Part shown: positions 27,790 to 41,375 of the stretch, in pieces
How positions within the stretch are numbered: the stretch's first letter is position 1
How the letters are laid out: each line of letters starts with the position of its first letter
Assembly (NCBI RefSeq): GCF_009914755.1
Contig: NC_060925.1
Direction: 5' to 3' (one strand)
DNA: 64,000 nt
Origin: the human T2T-CHM13v2.0 reference genome, Homo sapiens
Position numbers and translations under genes: made by a program
Notes under the pieces: model-generated
Seen by the model: the letters and a program-made list of their open reading frames with translations, nothing else
Databases searched by the model: none
Told to the model about the DNA's origin: nothing

Positions 27790-27950
27790 GGTTGTGACTT
27801 TCTGAATCTTCCATTTCCTCACCTGTGAAATGGCGTTAATATCTGTTTTTACTCTGCCTATGATTTTTGTGAGGATCAGATGAGTTAATGTGTATAAAAG
27901 TATTTTTTAATATGTAAGTTTTTATACAAATATAAGGATATTCTTACTGT
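27790..27950 (+). mobile_element. MIR fragment
   Basis: tttcctcacctgtgaaatgg...tgtgaggatcagatgagttaatg. Confidence 0.65.
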
Positions 27951-28419
27951 CATTTAACCTAGAGGCCTTTTTTTCTCTCTGCTCACCACCTAAATGCTTG
28001 ATAGGCATGTGGCTCTGTTTATTAGTCTTGCCTTTCTTCCTTCATTCCAGAGGCAATCTTTTCTACTTTGTTTTCTTCCCACTTGCTGCCACTTGCTGAT
28101 TAACTAATGAGAGGTGATGTTCAGCTAGGAGGAGTGCTTCCTCTGCTACCACCGTTGTCCCCACTGGGATTCCAGGTGCATCGAGAATGCAGACAGCAAG
28201 GCTTCTGTTTGTAGATTGGTTGTGGGAAAAAAAAACCCCATACTCACAGGATTCTTAAGACAAATGCAGTGGATATTTTGTGTTTGAAAATGTTCTATTT
28301 CTTCTTTGATTCTTCCTTTTCTTTCTGGTACTTTTAATTTGTTGTGAGAAGGGTGATAAAGCTAATAATGCACCAAGGAATGGAAAGTGCTTCCATCTTT
28401 GCAGAGGTCCTGGAAAGTT

Positions 28420-28512
28420 AACTTTTGGTCTGAAGCCAAATCCCGATGTAGGACTTGAACTCATGACCTAATCCCAGAGGCAAGAATGTTACCAGCTGAC
28501 CAACACTGACCC
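28420..28512 (-). mobile_element. tRNA-derived head of an ancient SINE (or decayed tRNA pseudogene)
   Basis: minus strand reads GGGTCAGTGTTGGTCAGCTGGTAACATTCTTGCCTCTGGGATTAGGTCATGAGTTCAAGTCCTAC: Pol III A-box-like and B-box (GAGTTCAAGTCC) at tRNA-like spacing. Confidence 0.55.
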
Positions 28513-29709
28513 TCATAAAATGTAGACATTTAAAATACTCCTTTGAGTAGTCCTGTTGCTGCTTTCTATGTTTTCTTCTCTCTTTCAGTCGTTTCCAGCA
28601 GTGTTCCTGGCCTCCCTGTTAGGAGCACAGTTTTAAAGATCTATTTTTCTCACTGTCTTTCCATTTGCTGATTATAGCTGCTTCCTTCTTGCTTTCCATT
28701 TCTCTTGTGTGAGTTCCTTTTTTTGTTCCTGTTCCTTCCTGTCCTTCTTCTGACTTAAAAATAGATTCCAGGGTCTTTGGCTGCTCGGCCACAAATCCGA
28801 CCTTCCTTCTATTCATATGGGATCCCCCTGAGCATCTAAAGATCTTTTCCTTCTCTCTCAAGATACTTGAACCCCAGCATTCATTCCCTGTTCTCAGCTG
28901 ACTTGTGGAGCTAAATGACCCTTGTACTCAGAGCTGTAACTGAAAATTAAATCTCTCCTACAAAGATGCTTAATAAGTGATTTACTTATGTTAAGTGTTA
29001 CTGACAAACACTGAATTCTCCCTGAATCTACTGACTGTGTGTGGTGGTAGAGGAGAAGGGACTCTTTGTACACTGACTCAAGGCATGCGTGTAACACTCG
29101 TTTTTGTGCAAAGCAATGGTACTGTGACCATTTGAACCTCAGGAACCAGCTTTCAGACAACGTACTGTTAAGGGTATCCTGGAGGGACCTGCTGCTGTTT
29201 TGTTCCCACAGAAGTGTTTCTCAGGGACCGAAAGTTGATTAAAGTGTTTCCTCATGAACATTCTTTGGTTAGAGTTGGAGGATTATGATATTCTTTACAG
29301 AAATGACTTCCTATCCAATGTTGATCTAGACAATCCACAAATGAGTGTCTGCTCGAGGGATAAAGGCTTGTAAAACTTTAGATGACTGGGATAAAAAGTG
29401 CTGATGACAGCAGCTCTGATTTCAGTGCCCAACCCCAACCTGAAATCACTATTATGCTCTTGTTACAGCAGCAGGGATGATGATCCTCTTCTCAGTGGCA
29501 AAAGAGGTTTAAAAGGTTTCCTTCCATCTGGACCTCCAGACATAACCTATGTGGTTATGTCTCCATGAAAAGACCTGGTCCTATTCTTAGTAGAGAATCC
29601 GGAGTTTTTGGTTTCATCAGCCATAGTGAAGTTCACATTTATGTGCAGCTCTCTTATCACTGTGTCACTGCTTATGGCATTGCATTTACCTGCCCTGCTT
29701 TTCTGTTCA

Positions 29710-30010
29710 CTGGTTGACTGATGAATCCTACTTAACCCTTTAAGTTGCAGCTCAAATGTTATCTTTACTCTTCTACTTTTCCCAACCTCTCTTCTGGATT
29801 AAGGATCCTTTTATCTGAGCTTCCTTAGCACTTTACCAAAAGCTGTATTACAGCACTTATCACACTATTAAAAAAAAATGTTTCTCTTTGCCCTATTCGT
29901 TTCAGTGTTTCATGAAAGGGCGGGGGCCATATTTAATTAATCATCATATTCCCGTAACCTGGGACAGTGTTTGAGACATAGTTAGTACTTAGTGAGCATC
30001 TTATAAATTG
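29710..30010 (+). mobile_element. L2 3' fragment
   Basis: tcctacttaaccctttaagttgcagctcaaatgttatc...cagcacttatcacact...acagtgtttgagacatagttagtactt. Confidence 0.65.
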
Positions 30011-31064
30011 TTTGGCCTTATCTTTATTATAGAACGTGTATCTTTAGTGACTTTTTTTTGGTATTTGGTAATATTGTAAGTTCCATTTTTTGAAGCAAAA
30101 GGAAAACATTGAAGCAGCTAAATTTAGCTTATATTTTATACTCCAACTACTGATAACAATAAAAAAAAGAAAGTGATGCTTTTGCCTCATCTTTGTCATC
30201 ATTACTTGACCTACACATTTCATGATTGTATGAAAAGTGGCCTAGGTATGACAGTAACCTTTATAGATGGGATGACTTGGAATTTAGAGTTAATCCATAT
30301 ACTTCTTAGTGACATATAGGTTTGAGTCATGGGTCAAGGATAGACCTCTGGGAACTCAGTTTCTGCTTTGAATTCTGAAGTTATTCTACTTAGGATTTTC
30401 ATGTATCTTATTATATCTGGTATCTGAGGCCTATAATTGGCTTCAAACTTGCATTGACCCACTGTCAAGCCAATAAGGCTTTGCCCTACATAACACATTT
30501 TTATGAAGGGATCTGACACATCTCCATGAACATAGTAATGAAGGTTATGCCCATAATGATGAGGCCTGTTACTCTGAGATTTATGTTGCAGGCTTGTCCT
30601 GTAGTGTACTTTGTGTGGTGCACCTTTCTTACCGGAACTCACAGGCAAAAGGAGACTTAATAAGTGACATAAATTACATAATATTTTGGGTATACTTTTA
30701 CATTTTCATTAGTACAACTCAATTCCCTTGCTCTCTGGCCCTCCGACACTTTTCTTTATTCTGTGGTTTTACATTCTTAAGTTTGAAATTTTCACTTTAG
30801 GCAAAATGTAAAGTTTATGCAAGAGGTTTTCAGAATTCTAGAATTTCAGAATTCTGTTTTTAGGTGCTTTCATTTACATTGTCCCAAATGTAATTGGCTC
30901 CATTAAAATTAAGTGTTCTGATGGCTTCTGAACCTTCCTGCATGCTTCCTTGCCTTTTTCTTTGCATCGGTGTTCAATGGCATAAATGTTTGCTTTAGAA
31001 AAGAAGGATGGACTTTTTTTTAAAGCAATGCCATTCTTAAAAGAGTGATGAAGCAACATTATAC

Positions 31065-31365
31065 TTTTTTTTTTTTTTTAAGAGACAGGGTCTTGTTCTG
31101 TCGCCCAGTCTGGAGTACAGTGGTGTGATCATAGTTCACTGCAGCTTTGAACTGCTGGTCTCAAAGGGTTCTCCTGCCTCAGCCTCCCGAGGGGCTGAGA
31201 CTGCAGGTGCACACCACCATGCCTGGCTAATTTTTAAATTTTTTGTAGAGATGGGGGGTCTCGCTATGTTGCCCAAGCTTGTCTTGAACTCCTAGCCTCA
31301 AGCGATCCTCCCACCTTGGGCCCCTAAAGTGCTGGAATTACAGGCGTGAGCCACCATGACTAGCC
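31065..31365 (-). mobile_element. Alu (AluJ-type)
   Basis: poly-T, gagacagggtcttg..., gatcatagttcactgcagc. Confidence 0.93.
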
Positions 31366-31897
31366 CATTTTGTTTTGTTTCGTTTTGATTTAAAGAAGAA
31401 GAAAATCATCTATAATTCTGCCATGATAACACAGTTCTTTTCACTTTTACTTATTATCTTCCAATTTTTGTTCACAGGCACACATTTTAACATAGTTGCA
31501 ATCATGCTATCTATTCCGTTTGTGATAGGCAGGAAATATTTTTCAGAACAAATTAGAAAGGTTACTTTCTAATTTGAATCGTTTGTGATATTTGTTATGT
31601 TTCTGATGCCACAGACAAAAGAATGTATTTGGACTTGGTGTTTGAGGAGTTTTAAGGTGATAATGCTTATTTATTGGTTAATGAGCCTCATTTCTGTTTT
31701 TTACCCCCACGAAATCTCCCATCCTGTATCAGGGGTGTGGGGCTTGCATGAGGACCCTGATAGCACCATATGAGATGAGGGCATGTGACAAACGTGCAGT
31801 GGAATTCAGCTGGAGTGGATGGTGCTCTTTCCTTCTGCTTCTAGACATCATTGCCACTCTCTTGCTCTGGAGGATGTGGGTCCAGAACTCTCTAGGC

Positions 31898-32534
<637 letters not shown>

Positions 32535-34390
32535 CTCTCAGGCCTTACTTTTCAAAATGCAGCTTGTGGTTTATTTGTGGGTTCTGAAGTCAGTTAGGTG
32601 GGCTAAAAATCAATATTTTAAAATCAGAACAGAATGGAATAGAAAATATTAGAATGTCATTATTGTAAAACTTTTTGTTTAAAGTATGCATGTGTGGACT
32701 GGATCCCATGTAAAATGTATTTTTTCTTTTTACTATGAATCATGGCTAAAAAGTTTGAAGATTAGTAATCTGGGGTGGCCTGACTTAATCTGAAGCATTA
32801 CCAGGAGGCCTGGTCTGCTCTGTAAGAGGGCAGGTTGGTACCAGGAACACTTTATAGATTTTAGGTCTGGTTGGTAAAAGCTATTCTGGGACTCTTCAAC
32901 TAGACCAGACCCTGCAGGAAAGTAAACCTGAACATTAGTGCTCATCCTAAAAGCAGTGGCCACTCAGGAGACTTCCAGAGTGAAGGGTGAACTAAGGATA
33001 GCTTACTGAAAGCTGGACCTGTGTGCTCAACCCTAAAGTGTCCCTGGAGTCCAAGAATGACTTTTGTCTGGTTACTTGCTTCTCGGAGACTTTTTCAAAA
33101 TGGTCTCATGAGTGGTGATACTTTCTAAGAAGCAGGATGATTTCCTAATGACCTTAGAGCCAAGATGAATTGGACAGGGTTCCTTGTGACCCTCAGGTCC
33201 TCCCTGCATCATATCCTGTTGAAATCAGAAGAGACTGTATTCTAATCTAGAAGCATGTCTGTCTTCTTCCTGCCTGACAGAAAACATGTCCTTACAGTAC
33301 AAAAGATGTAGGGGTGGTCACCAGAGCTGTACTTTTGGCTGGGTTCTAAATAAATGACACTGTAAGCCACAGAGAGAAGGGAGAAAAGGCTCCAAAAATG
33401 AAGTTTATGGGGTTACATGGGCCTTGTATTTATTCTGACAGTTGTAAAAATTCTTTTGGGCTGACCCATTTTTCTTTTCTTAATTAAAAAAAAAATATCT
33501 GGCAGGCAAGAGGAAGAAATGTAAACCATGTGACTAATGCTTCAGCTTTTTCTCCTGGAGCCAGATTCTTTAAAAATTATACCTTAGACATGTTTGACTT
33601 TTTAAAAACAATTGCCCACAAAAGCCACCAAACATTTTTTTTTCTGAAACTTGTAGACTTAGATAGCATTCATTTTCAGGAAGGAATCCAAAAGTACAAT
33701 ATTTAGGAGTTATTGAACCAAAATCTCCTTTGGAGATTTTGCCCTGGTGAATTAGATTACCCTAGGAATTGGCAGAGGAACAGGCGGCCTTTTGCCTCTA
33801 CTTTGCTTGAGTATTTCCAGTCCTGTTGGTAGCCACCCAAAATGTTTGAGGGAGTTAGACTAAAAGATCGTCAAGGTCCTTTGTAGACGAAAAGTACTAT
33901 GACTCCAGTGACGGAATGACATGGCAGTCAGGAGTTATGTTTATGTTGACCTCTTGTTTTATACTTATTGCAAACAATTTGTTTGTTTACTCACTCACTC
34001 AAATTTGAGCACTTACTATGTGCCAAATGTTGGCCTTTGTAGGAAAATCATAGGATTTTAGAGCACTTATCATAGTAGATTTGAGGGCTTCAAAGTCAAG
34101 TTCCAATCTCCCTTTCTGGGGTGATTTCCTATGTCTCACTTTTGCAACTCCACACTTCAGCTAACTGGGCTATTTTCCTGTTTTAGGGTCTTTTCTCTTG
34201 CTGTTGCCAGGGTCTAAAATGTCCTCCTTTCCTTAATGCCAGACATCTTTAAATCGCCAGACATCACTCAAATTCTAGCTCAAATGTTACTTCTGTGAGT
34301 CCTCTCTGGTTTCTCAAAAGGTAGTAAGTGATTCTTCTCTCAAGCCAAAGCACTTTGTACTTCTTTTTTTTAACACCATACATAATCTTC

Positions 34391-34470
34391 TTAGAATGAA
34401 CTGTATGAAATCACCAGTTTTATAAGTTAAAAATGGCTAAATATTGGCAGCTTCATACAGTTCCAGCTAA
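34391..34470. mobile_element. MADE2 (mariner-derived 80-bp MITE)
   Basis: 80-bp element with inverted arms gaactgtatgaa / ttcatacagttc, ending ...ctaa + TA; resembles recalled MADE2 consensus. Confidence 0.75.
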
Positions 34471-35071
34471 TATTAACTGTGTTATTGTATGGAACTTAAA
34501 TTAGGCCTCTATAAATATATTGCCCCCAAGACTTATAGCCAGAAATATTCTTTTGTCTTTTCTTCAAAAATATGAGTTATTATTAAACTAAGTTTCATTA
34601 AACCTGTGCTTGCAAGTTTCATTTAAAAAATTAAATATAGAAAATATTTATTTTTAATTTTATTAGTCTTAGCTAATCATCTAAAATTTTGATTCAGTAA
34701 ACCAATGTATTAGCTATAACTTTCAGTGTAGTTTAATAAGGTTCTGTATAATTATCTACTTTATTTGTTAAAATGATTTCTTCAACGTGGCTAAACATAA
34801 AGCTCTGTGATATATTGCTGGAGACATTCCCCACTCCCAGCAATACTCGCCAGTTAACATTTTTTTCACCATTCAGTATTCCGTGACATCTGATTTGGAT
34901 ACATATCTAGGCAACTCTACAATTATTCAACTTACGGAGTTCCACTGTAGCTATAGAGATCTCAGGAGAGAGTTGGTGGGATAGTTATTTGAAGTCAATG
35001 AATATCATGTCTGTAGCATTCCATGTTACCTGTATAGAATCAGAGAAGGATGGAAAGTTAGTTTGATATGA

Positions 35072-35370
35072 TTTTTTTTCTTTTAATTTAGAGACAGGGT
35101 CTTGCTCTGTCACACAAGCTGGAGTGCAGTATGGTCATAGCTTACTGCAGCCTCAAACTTCTGGGCTCAAGAGATCCTCCTGTCTCAGCCTCCTGGATGG
35201 CTAGGACTACAGGCCTATGCAATCCCCCATGGCTAATTCTTTTAATTTTTTTTTAGAGATGGGCCTTGCTATGTTACCCAGGCTCATCTCGAACTCCTGG
35301 GCTTAAGTGATCCTCCTGCTTTGGCCTCTCAAGGTGTTGGGATTATGGGCATGAGCCACTATACCTGGCT
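35072..35370 (-). mobile_element. Alu (AluJ-type)
   Basis: diverged dimer, antisense. Confidence 0.92.
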
Positions 35371-35554
35371 GATTTTATTTTTCTCGGTGATTTTATGTTA
35401 GTTCCTAGTGATCGTTGCTTACAAACCAAATCTGGGATTTTGGGGACATTTGTTGGCAGAACTACCCATCCATTGTTTTCAGTCTACCTTAATTGCTGCC
35501 TAAAAATTGGTATACCTTCTTGTACACCCTTTAGACACCACTGTGATTCTAATT

Positions 35555-35830
35555 TCTGTGAAGATTCCACTCATCACATCTGCTTCTCCTTTTAGTGTCC
35601 TTCCAGGTTATTTATCCGGCCCTGGAGACATGAAATCACTTGAAGGGCTAAGTGCTTTCTTACTATCACCTTCTCTATCTTGGGCTTTAGTTTCCTCTTC
35701 ACCATGCTGGTCCTACCCTTTCCAGTTTGAAGATCATTTTCCTTGATAGGGAGGATAGAAGCAAAAGAGGAGTGAAGTAGTTCTGCTTTTTCTTTGTTAT
35801 CAGTTAACATTACCCCACCTATCAGCAACC
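35555..35830 (-). mobile_element. L3/CR1 LINE ORF2 relic
   Basis: minus-strand peptides TDNKEKAELLHSSFAS and, after a frameshift, MSPGPDK*PGRTLKGEADVM match CR1 ORF2 motifs (KAELLNxFFASVF; KSPGPDxxHPRVLKELADV). Confidence 0.8.
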
Positions 35831-36309
35831 ACTGCCTTCCTATTTTTGCTCCTAGAATAGCTGAAAAAAGTCCTTTTACTTGACCTTAACAATTTTGACA
35901 AGGCTCAGTTCATTATACTATTCACTTTCATGTTACTGTGTTTTATAAATATGTGCTATCCTAAGTATATGTATAGCTTTAATTATGGGACCTGCTTTCT
36001 ATCTTTTATAATTTGGAAAACATGTACAACCACCTTGATCTCTTTAGGTGCTTTCTTTCATTGCATATTTTAAATATTTGTCTCACCTTTCTTGAAGCCT
36101 CTTGCCTGTTAAAGAAGGTTTATATAATAATGCTTTCCTAATGTTTGGGATACATGTCTGACACCTGTACAAGAATGTAATCACCCTCCGCCAAGGTTTC
36201 TATATATCCTGCAGCAACCATTTTTCATAACTGAGCATAATTATGTCTGGACTAATAGTTATTTTTATTTCCTCCTATCAGTAGAGTAGATAAAAACCTA
36301 GAAGAAAGC

Positions 36310-36720
36310 ATTGATAGCTATTGGTGAGTGCTTATATACTGAGAGGGAGGAGTCAAAGATAATTCCAAGACTTTTGGTGTATTTGAACAAAGAGAACAGT
36401 GGTATCATTAGTAGAAACAGGGATTCTGTGAAGAACTTCTTTGTGGTGCTGGTGGGAGGGTAGTGATATAGTTATTTGAATTTTAGACATATCATGCTGG
36501 AAGGGTTTCTGGATTAGAAGAGATTTGGGATTAGAGGAGTACATTTGGGTATCATTTACACATCAGTGATACTTTAAGCAGTAAGAATGAATGATATAGA
36601 GAAAATGGAAAATAAAAGAGTATTGCAGGCCAAGTGTGAGTAATGTCATGTTCAGGGGACCAAAAGGTAGAGACCAGTTAGCCTAGGAGTCAGAAAAGCA
36701 TAGCTAGGGAGGTAGCAGCA
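36310..36720 (-). mobile_element. L2 fragment
   Basis: gagagggaggagtcaaagataattccaagacttttgg...ttttagacat...atttgggtatcattt. Confidence 0.65.
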
Positions 36721-37162
36721 GTAACAGGCTAATTCATTGGCACAGACTTTAGGGGAGGCCAAAGTTTTAAATACATAAGACTGTGTACTCTAAAAACAAG
36801 TAACATCCTGTCACTTTTGGTCATTTCAGCTTTCCAAAGCATATTTTAAAACTGAACATTAATGAAAAGCTTCTCTGAGTAACCCAAATAGCTCTCATCC
36901 CATAGGAAAGGCCAGGAGGTTATCATTCTTAATGCATATCATATCAATTCTGAATGCATAACAAAGTTGGTTGTTTATATAAAGTCATAATGAAGTTCCT
37001 TGTTCCAGTTGAGTAGAAGTAGCAAATCTGAAGAAAGTGGGGCTTTTAGAAGCAGACACACTCATAGCAACAAAAACTGACAATCCCAGTGGAAGCCTAT
37101 GTTCAAATGTCACCTTCTTGGTAAGGCCTTGTCTAATCACTCATATAAATTGCAACCATGAA

Positions 37163-37307
37163 GGCCAGACGCAGAGGCCCACACCTGTAATCCTAGCACT
37201 TTGGGAGGCTGAGGTGGGAGGATTGCTTGAGCCCAGGAGTATGAGACCAGCCTGGGCAAAATACTGAGACCCTGTTTCTATTTTTAAAATCAATCAATCA
37301 ATCAATC
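37163..37307 (+). mobile_element. FLAM with (ATCA)n tail
   Basis: single left monomer, gggaggattgcttgagcccaggag. Confidence 0.85.
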
Positions 37308-37334
37308 GCAACTCTCCCCATCTCTGTCTCTCTC

Positions 37335-37545
37335 TTTTTTTTTTTTGAGATGGAGTCTCACTCTGTTGCCCAGGCTGGAGTGCAGTGGTGCGATCTTGGC
37401 TCACCGCAAGCTCCGCCTCCCTGGTTCATGCCATTCTCCTGCCTCAGCCTCCTGAGTAGCTGGGACTACAGGCGCCCACCACCACACCCAGCTAAGTTTT
37501 TGTATTTTTAGTAGAGACGGACTTTCAGCATGTTAGCCAAGATGG
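37335..37545 (-). mobile_element. 5'-truncated AluY-like
   Basis: gcaagctccgcctcc...ttcatgccattctcc; stops at gttagccaagatgg; TSD ctgtctct. Confidence 0.88.
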
Positions 37546-38158
37546 CCCTGTCTCTATTTTTTAAATAAACAAATCTCAACTCCCCCTAACCCTGCAACTC
37601 CCTATCCTCCATTTCAGCTTTACTTCCTCCTTAACACCACTGTCTAATATACCTTTTTATTTGTTCATTTGTTTCATTGTTATTGATTGATTGATTGCTG
37701 CTTCGTACATTAGAATGTAAGTTCCATGAGGACATGGGTTTTGGTTGTTTTTTTCCCCCTGCTATATTCCCAAAGTCTAGAACAGCACCTAGCCGATGGA
37801 AGACACGTGATTATTTGTGGAATAAATGCATGTAAGAAGAAGATGATGATGAAATACCAGGCATAAAAATAAGAAAAGTGTATAGGTATATAGATCATTT
37901 AGCTTTGGAATAAGCACTTCTATTTATGTCAGTTTCTCTAGGGGAAGATACTACAGTTCATTGTAGCACTGATGGCCTACTGAGCTGTAAATGAAAGGTT
38001 AAACTGTGCTCCGGATGTTCTGCTTTTGAAGGCAGAAAAATAACATATTTCAGTAACATTTTAATCAAATAAATGAAACTTTTAGAATGTTGATGTTTAA
38101 AGGGTCCCTCCTTGGGAAAATAATTCCTGTATTGAACACTAAATTCTCCCATGAATGA

Positions 38159-38496
<338 letters not shown>

Positions 38497-38618
38497 CGTG
38501 TGCCAGTTTCTTAAAATTTGATTTTTCCTTAACCTTATTGACACCCTGAACAACTTTCTTGCAGGTCCACTGGAAATGTTAAACGTTTTGCCTCCTTTTT
38601 TTCCAGTCTCAGAGACCT

Positions 38619-38655
38619 TTAACCCAAAGGTGTGGAATTAACCCAAAGGTGTGGA
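38619..38655. repeat. Direct tandem duplication (18 bp x2, period 19)
   Basis: ttaacccaaaggtgtgga at 38619-38636 and 38638-38655. Confidence 0.9.
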
Positions 38656-39794
38656 GCTACAGAGAAATATATGGCAGCTAAACTTAAAAACTGTTAAACT
38701 GGAATCTCTCCCACTGGTTTTGCTTTCACAGACTGTTGCTTTATTGTAGGACGTCAGCGGCCTGTTTGTTACTCTCATGTCTTTTTGGCAAAATGAATGA
38801 GTAAGTGCTTCTAAATTACTGTGAGATGCCTGTCGAATTGCATAAGTAGATTTGAAAAATGCTGTATTTTCGATTAAGGTATAGCTGCAAAGCATAGCTC
38901 TTCAGTTCAAGAGGCGTAGCCTGACCTCCTACACATTTTACCCTTCTCCACAGTTGCCTCTTAGTCCTTGAAAAAACATTTTTTTCTTATTCCCTCTCTT
39001 TCATTATTTACGTTGGATACAATAGCTGTGTACGCTATTTCCCTGGCTCAATATAATATAAGTTTTTAAACTTTACAATCTATGGTAGTGACTGAGAAAA
39101 ACTTTTTAATGTGAAGGGAAAGTGTCCCCACTTTAATTAGAATGACAAAGCAGTATGGAGTTATGTAATAGGTATTCATGCAGCTCCATTGGTTACATAA
39201 TATAATGGTCACTCACAACAGATACTTAAATCCATTTCACATCCAGGACCATTGTGTCCACTTGCAGAGACAGTGCTTTCTTTGTTTTCACCAAATAAAT
39301 AGCTAGTGATTATTAGCTTAGCTTTTAAGTTAAATCACATTCCTGGAAAGGGAAATGTTGCAACTTTTTTTTAATAGGAGAGGAGAATGCATTTTTGAAA
39401 ATCCAAACATACTATTACTGCCAGTGATATGACCATTACACCTCTTTGACAAGAGAAACCTATGTTTTATTTAATTTAGACAGTTATAATTTCACATAGT
39501 CACATGACCTTTATCCTGTTAATATGCAATCTAAATATTTGTCTTCAAACGGTTTCAGTAACATGGAACAGCCATGACTTAATTTGCCTACGATGATGTC
39601 TTTTCCCTTCCAGCACCCCGTAAGTGGAATTTTGACTTGTTGCTGAGTTTGTGATTTATTTACAGCATCTGACATGGAGTAGGTCTTAACTACTTGGCAT
39701 GTGTGGAGTGGGGGTAGAGGGCAGCACGTGGGGATGTCTTCAGTGAGCAAATGGGGGGCCTGACCTACTCGGCCGTCTGGTGCTGCTCCTTCCG

Positions 39795-39965
39795 TGAGGC
39801 TTTGGAGTCTGAGGGATCTGGGTTCTGTCTTTCGACTCTTGGCTCTGTCAATTACTAGTAATGTGACCAGGTGGATTGCTTGTCCTGTTTGAGCCTCAGT
39901 GTCCTCATCTATAAACTGAGATTATTGTGAGTATCAAATGAGATTGTGTATTTAAAAGGGCTTCG
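39795..39965 (+). mobile_element. MIR
   Basis: ggctttggagtctgag...tgagcctcagtgtcctcatctataaa. Confidence 0.75.
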
Positions 39966-40289
39966 AATATTAGACACAACCAAAGATAATGATTCCCAAT
40001 CTGAAATTTACTAGTCAAAAATGAACTTGTAACACTGATTGACTTCTGTATTCATTTCCTCTGATCTGCTCCAGTCAGGAACAGGTTAAAGCAAGTGTAT
40101 GCTTCTACTGGGAATAAAACTGGTATCAGTCAATGACAATGGAAAAAGAATAAAATTTGCCCCTTTCTATGGGTGAGGAAGAGAGTTGGAGAGGAGAATA
40201 ATAACACTGTGCTCAGTAGAAGCAGATGACTTTACTTCAGTCATGGTTTATTTCATTTTGTCATCATAGGAATTTCTCTAATATTGTTA

Positions 40290-40760
40290 CCATGGTTCTT
40301 AATCATCAATGCTTGTTATAATAACCGGGATTGAATGCACCTTCTTCAGTTACAGGGATTTGGATTTAGGGAGTTGGAGGTGGGGCCCGTGAATCTACTT
40401 TTAACAAGTACCCCAGGTGATTCTGATGAAGGTGGATCAGCCAGGCATGGTGGCTCATGCCTGTAATCCCAGAACTTTGGGAGGCTGAGGCAGGAGGATA
40501 GCTTGAGCCCATGAGTCTACCTGGGCAATATAGTGAGACCTCGTCTCTATGAAAAAAATAAAAAAATTAGCTGGGCACAATGGTGTATACCTGTAGTCCC
40601 AGCTATTCAGGAAGCTGAGGTGAGAGGATTGCTTGAGCCTGAGAGGTGGAGGTTGCATGAACCATGATCGTGCTACTGCACTCCAGCCTAGGCGACAGAA
40701 CAAGACCCTGCTTAAAAAAAAAAAAAAAAAGTAGATCGTGATCAACATTTAGGAAATTTT
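40290..40760. mobile_element. MER5-family hAT-Charlie element split by an Alu
   Basis: ggtggggcccgtgaatctacttttaacaagtaccccaggtgattctgatg. Confidence 0.7.
40439..40730 (+). mobile_element. Alu (AluJ-type)
   Basis: dimer with small deletions; TSD aggtggatc / aagtagatc. Confidence 0.92.
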
Positions 40761-40879
40761 GCTCCCATCACTGTTGCTTTCTCCAGTAGTTTTCTAAGTG
40801 AATCTTTTCTTTTTTTCATACAGTTCATTCTTCATGTAAACTCATTCATCATGATATACTCATATTTACACTTACATTT

Positions 40880-41375
40880 GATCCTGATAATACCCACCTG
40901 CTTAAAACCCTTTAAAAGCTTCACATTGATACTAAGTTGAATATCAAAGCTCTTCTGGCTGAGCTTCCACCACTCTCCCTTGGTTCACTCTCCTTTGGCC
41001 ACATCAACTTCTTTTTGTCCTTCTTGTATTCCAAGTTACTTCATGGCATTTGCACATGCTGTTCCCTCCCCTGAAACGTTCTCTCTCTCACCATTTATCT
41101 GGTGCACACCTACTGATTATTCCCATGTTTCCTCAGTGAAATTTATCTTATATCTAAGACAAAACCTGATCCTCTCATGTTTTTAAGCAGCTTTTTATAG
41201 GGAGCAATGGTTTCTACCGCCATTAGACAGTTGTTAAATTATCTTCTCTGCTTGAATGTTGGCTTCATGAGGATAGGGAGTGTGTCTGTGTTGTTCATTT
41301 CTGTATCCACAGTGTCCTATAATAGTATGCAGAATATAGTGGAAGCTCAGGAAATATTCTGAAAAATGAATGAAA
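40880..41375 (+). mobile_element. L2 3' region
   Basis: cctgcttaaaaccctt...catttgcacatgctgttccctc...tcatgaggatagggag...tgaaaaatgaatgaa. Confidence 0.75.

Larger units (their letters stand above)
37060..37830 (+). mobile_element. L2 3' region interrupted by FLAM and Alu
   Basis: ttcaaatgtcaccttcttggtaaggccttg ... ttagaatgtaagttccatgaggaca...tctagaacagcacctagc. Confidence 0.7.
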
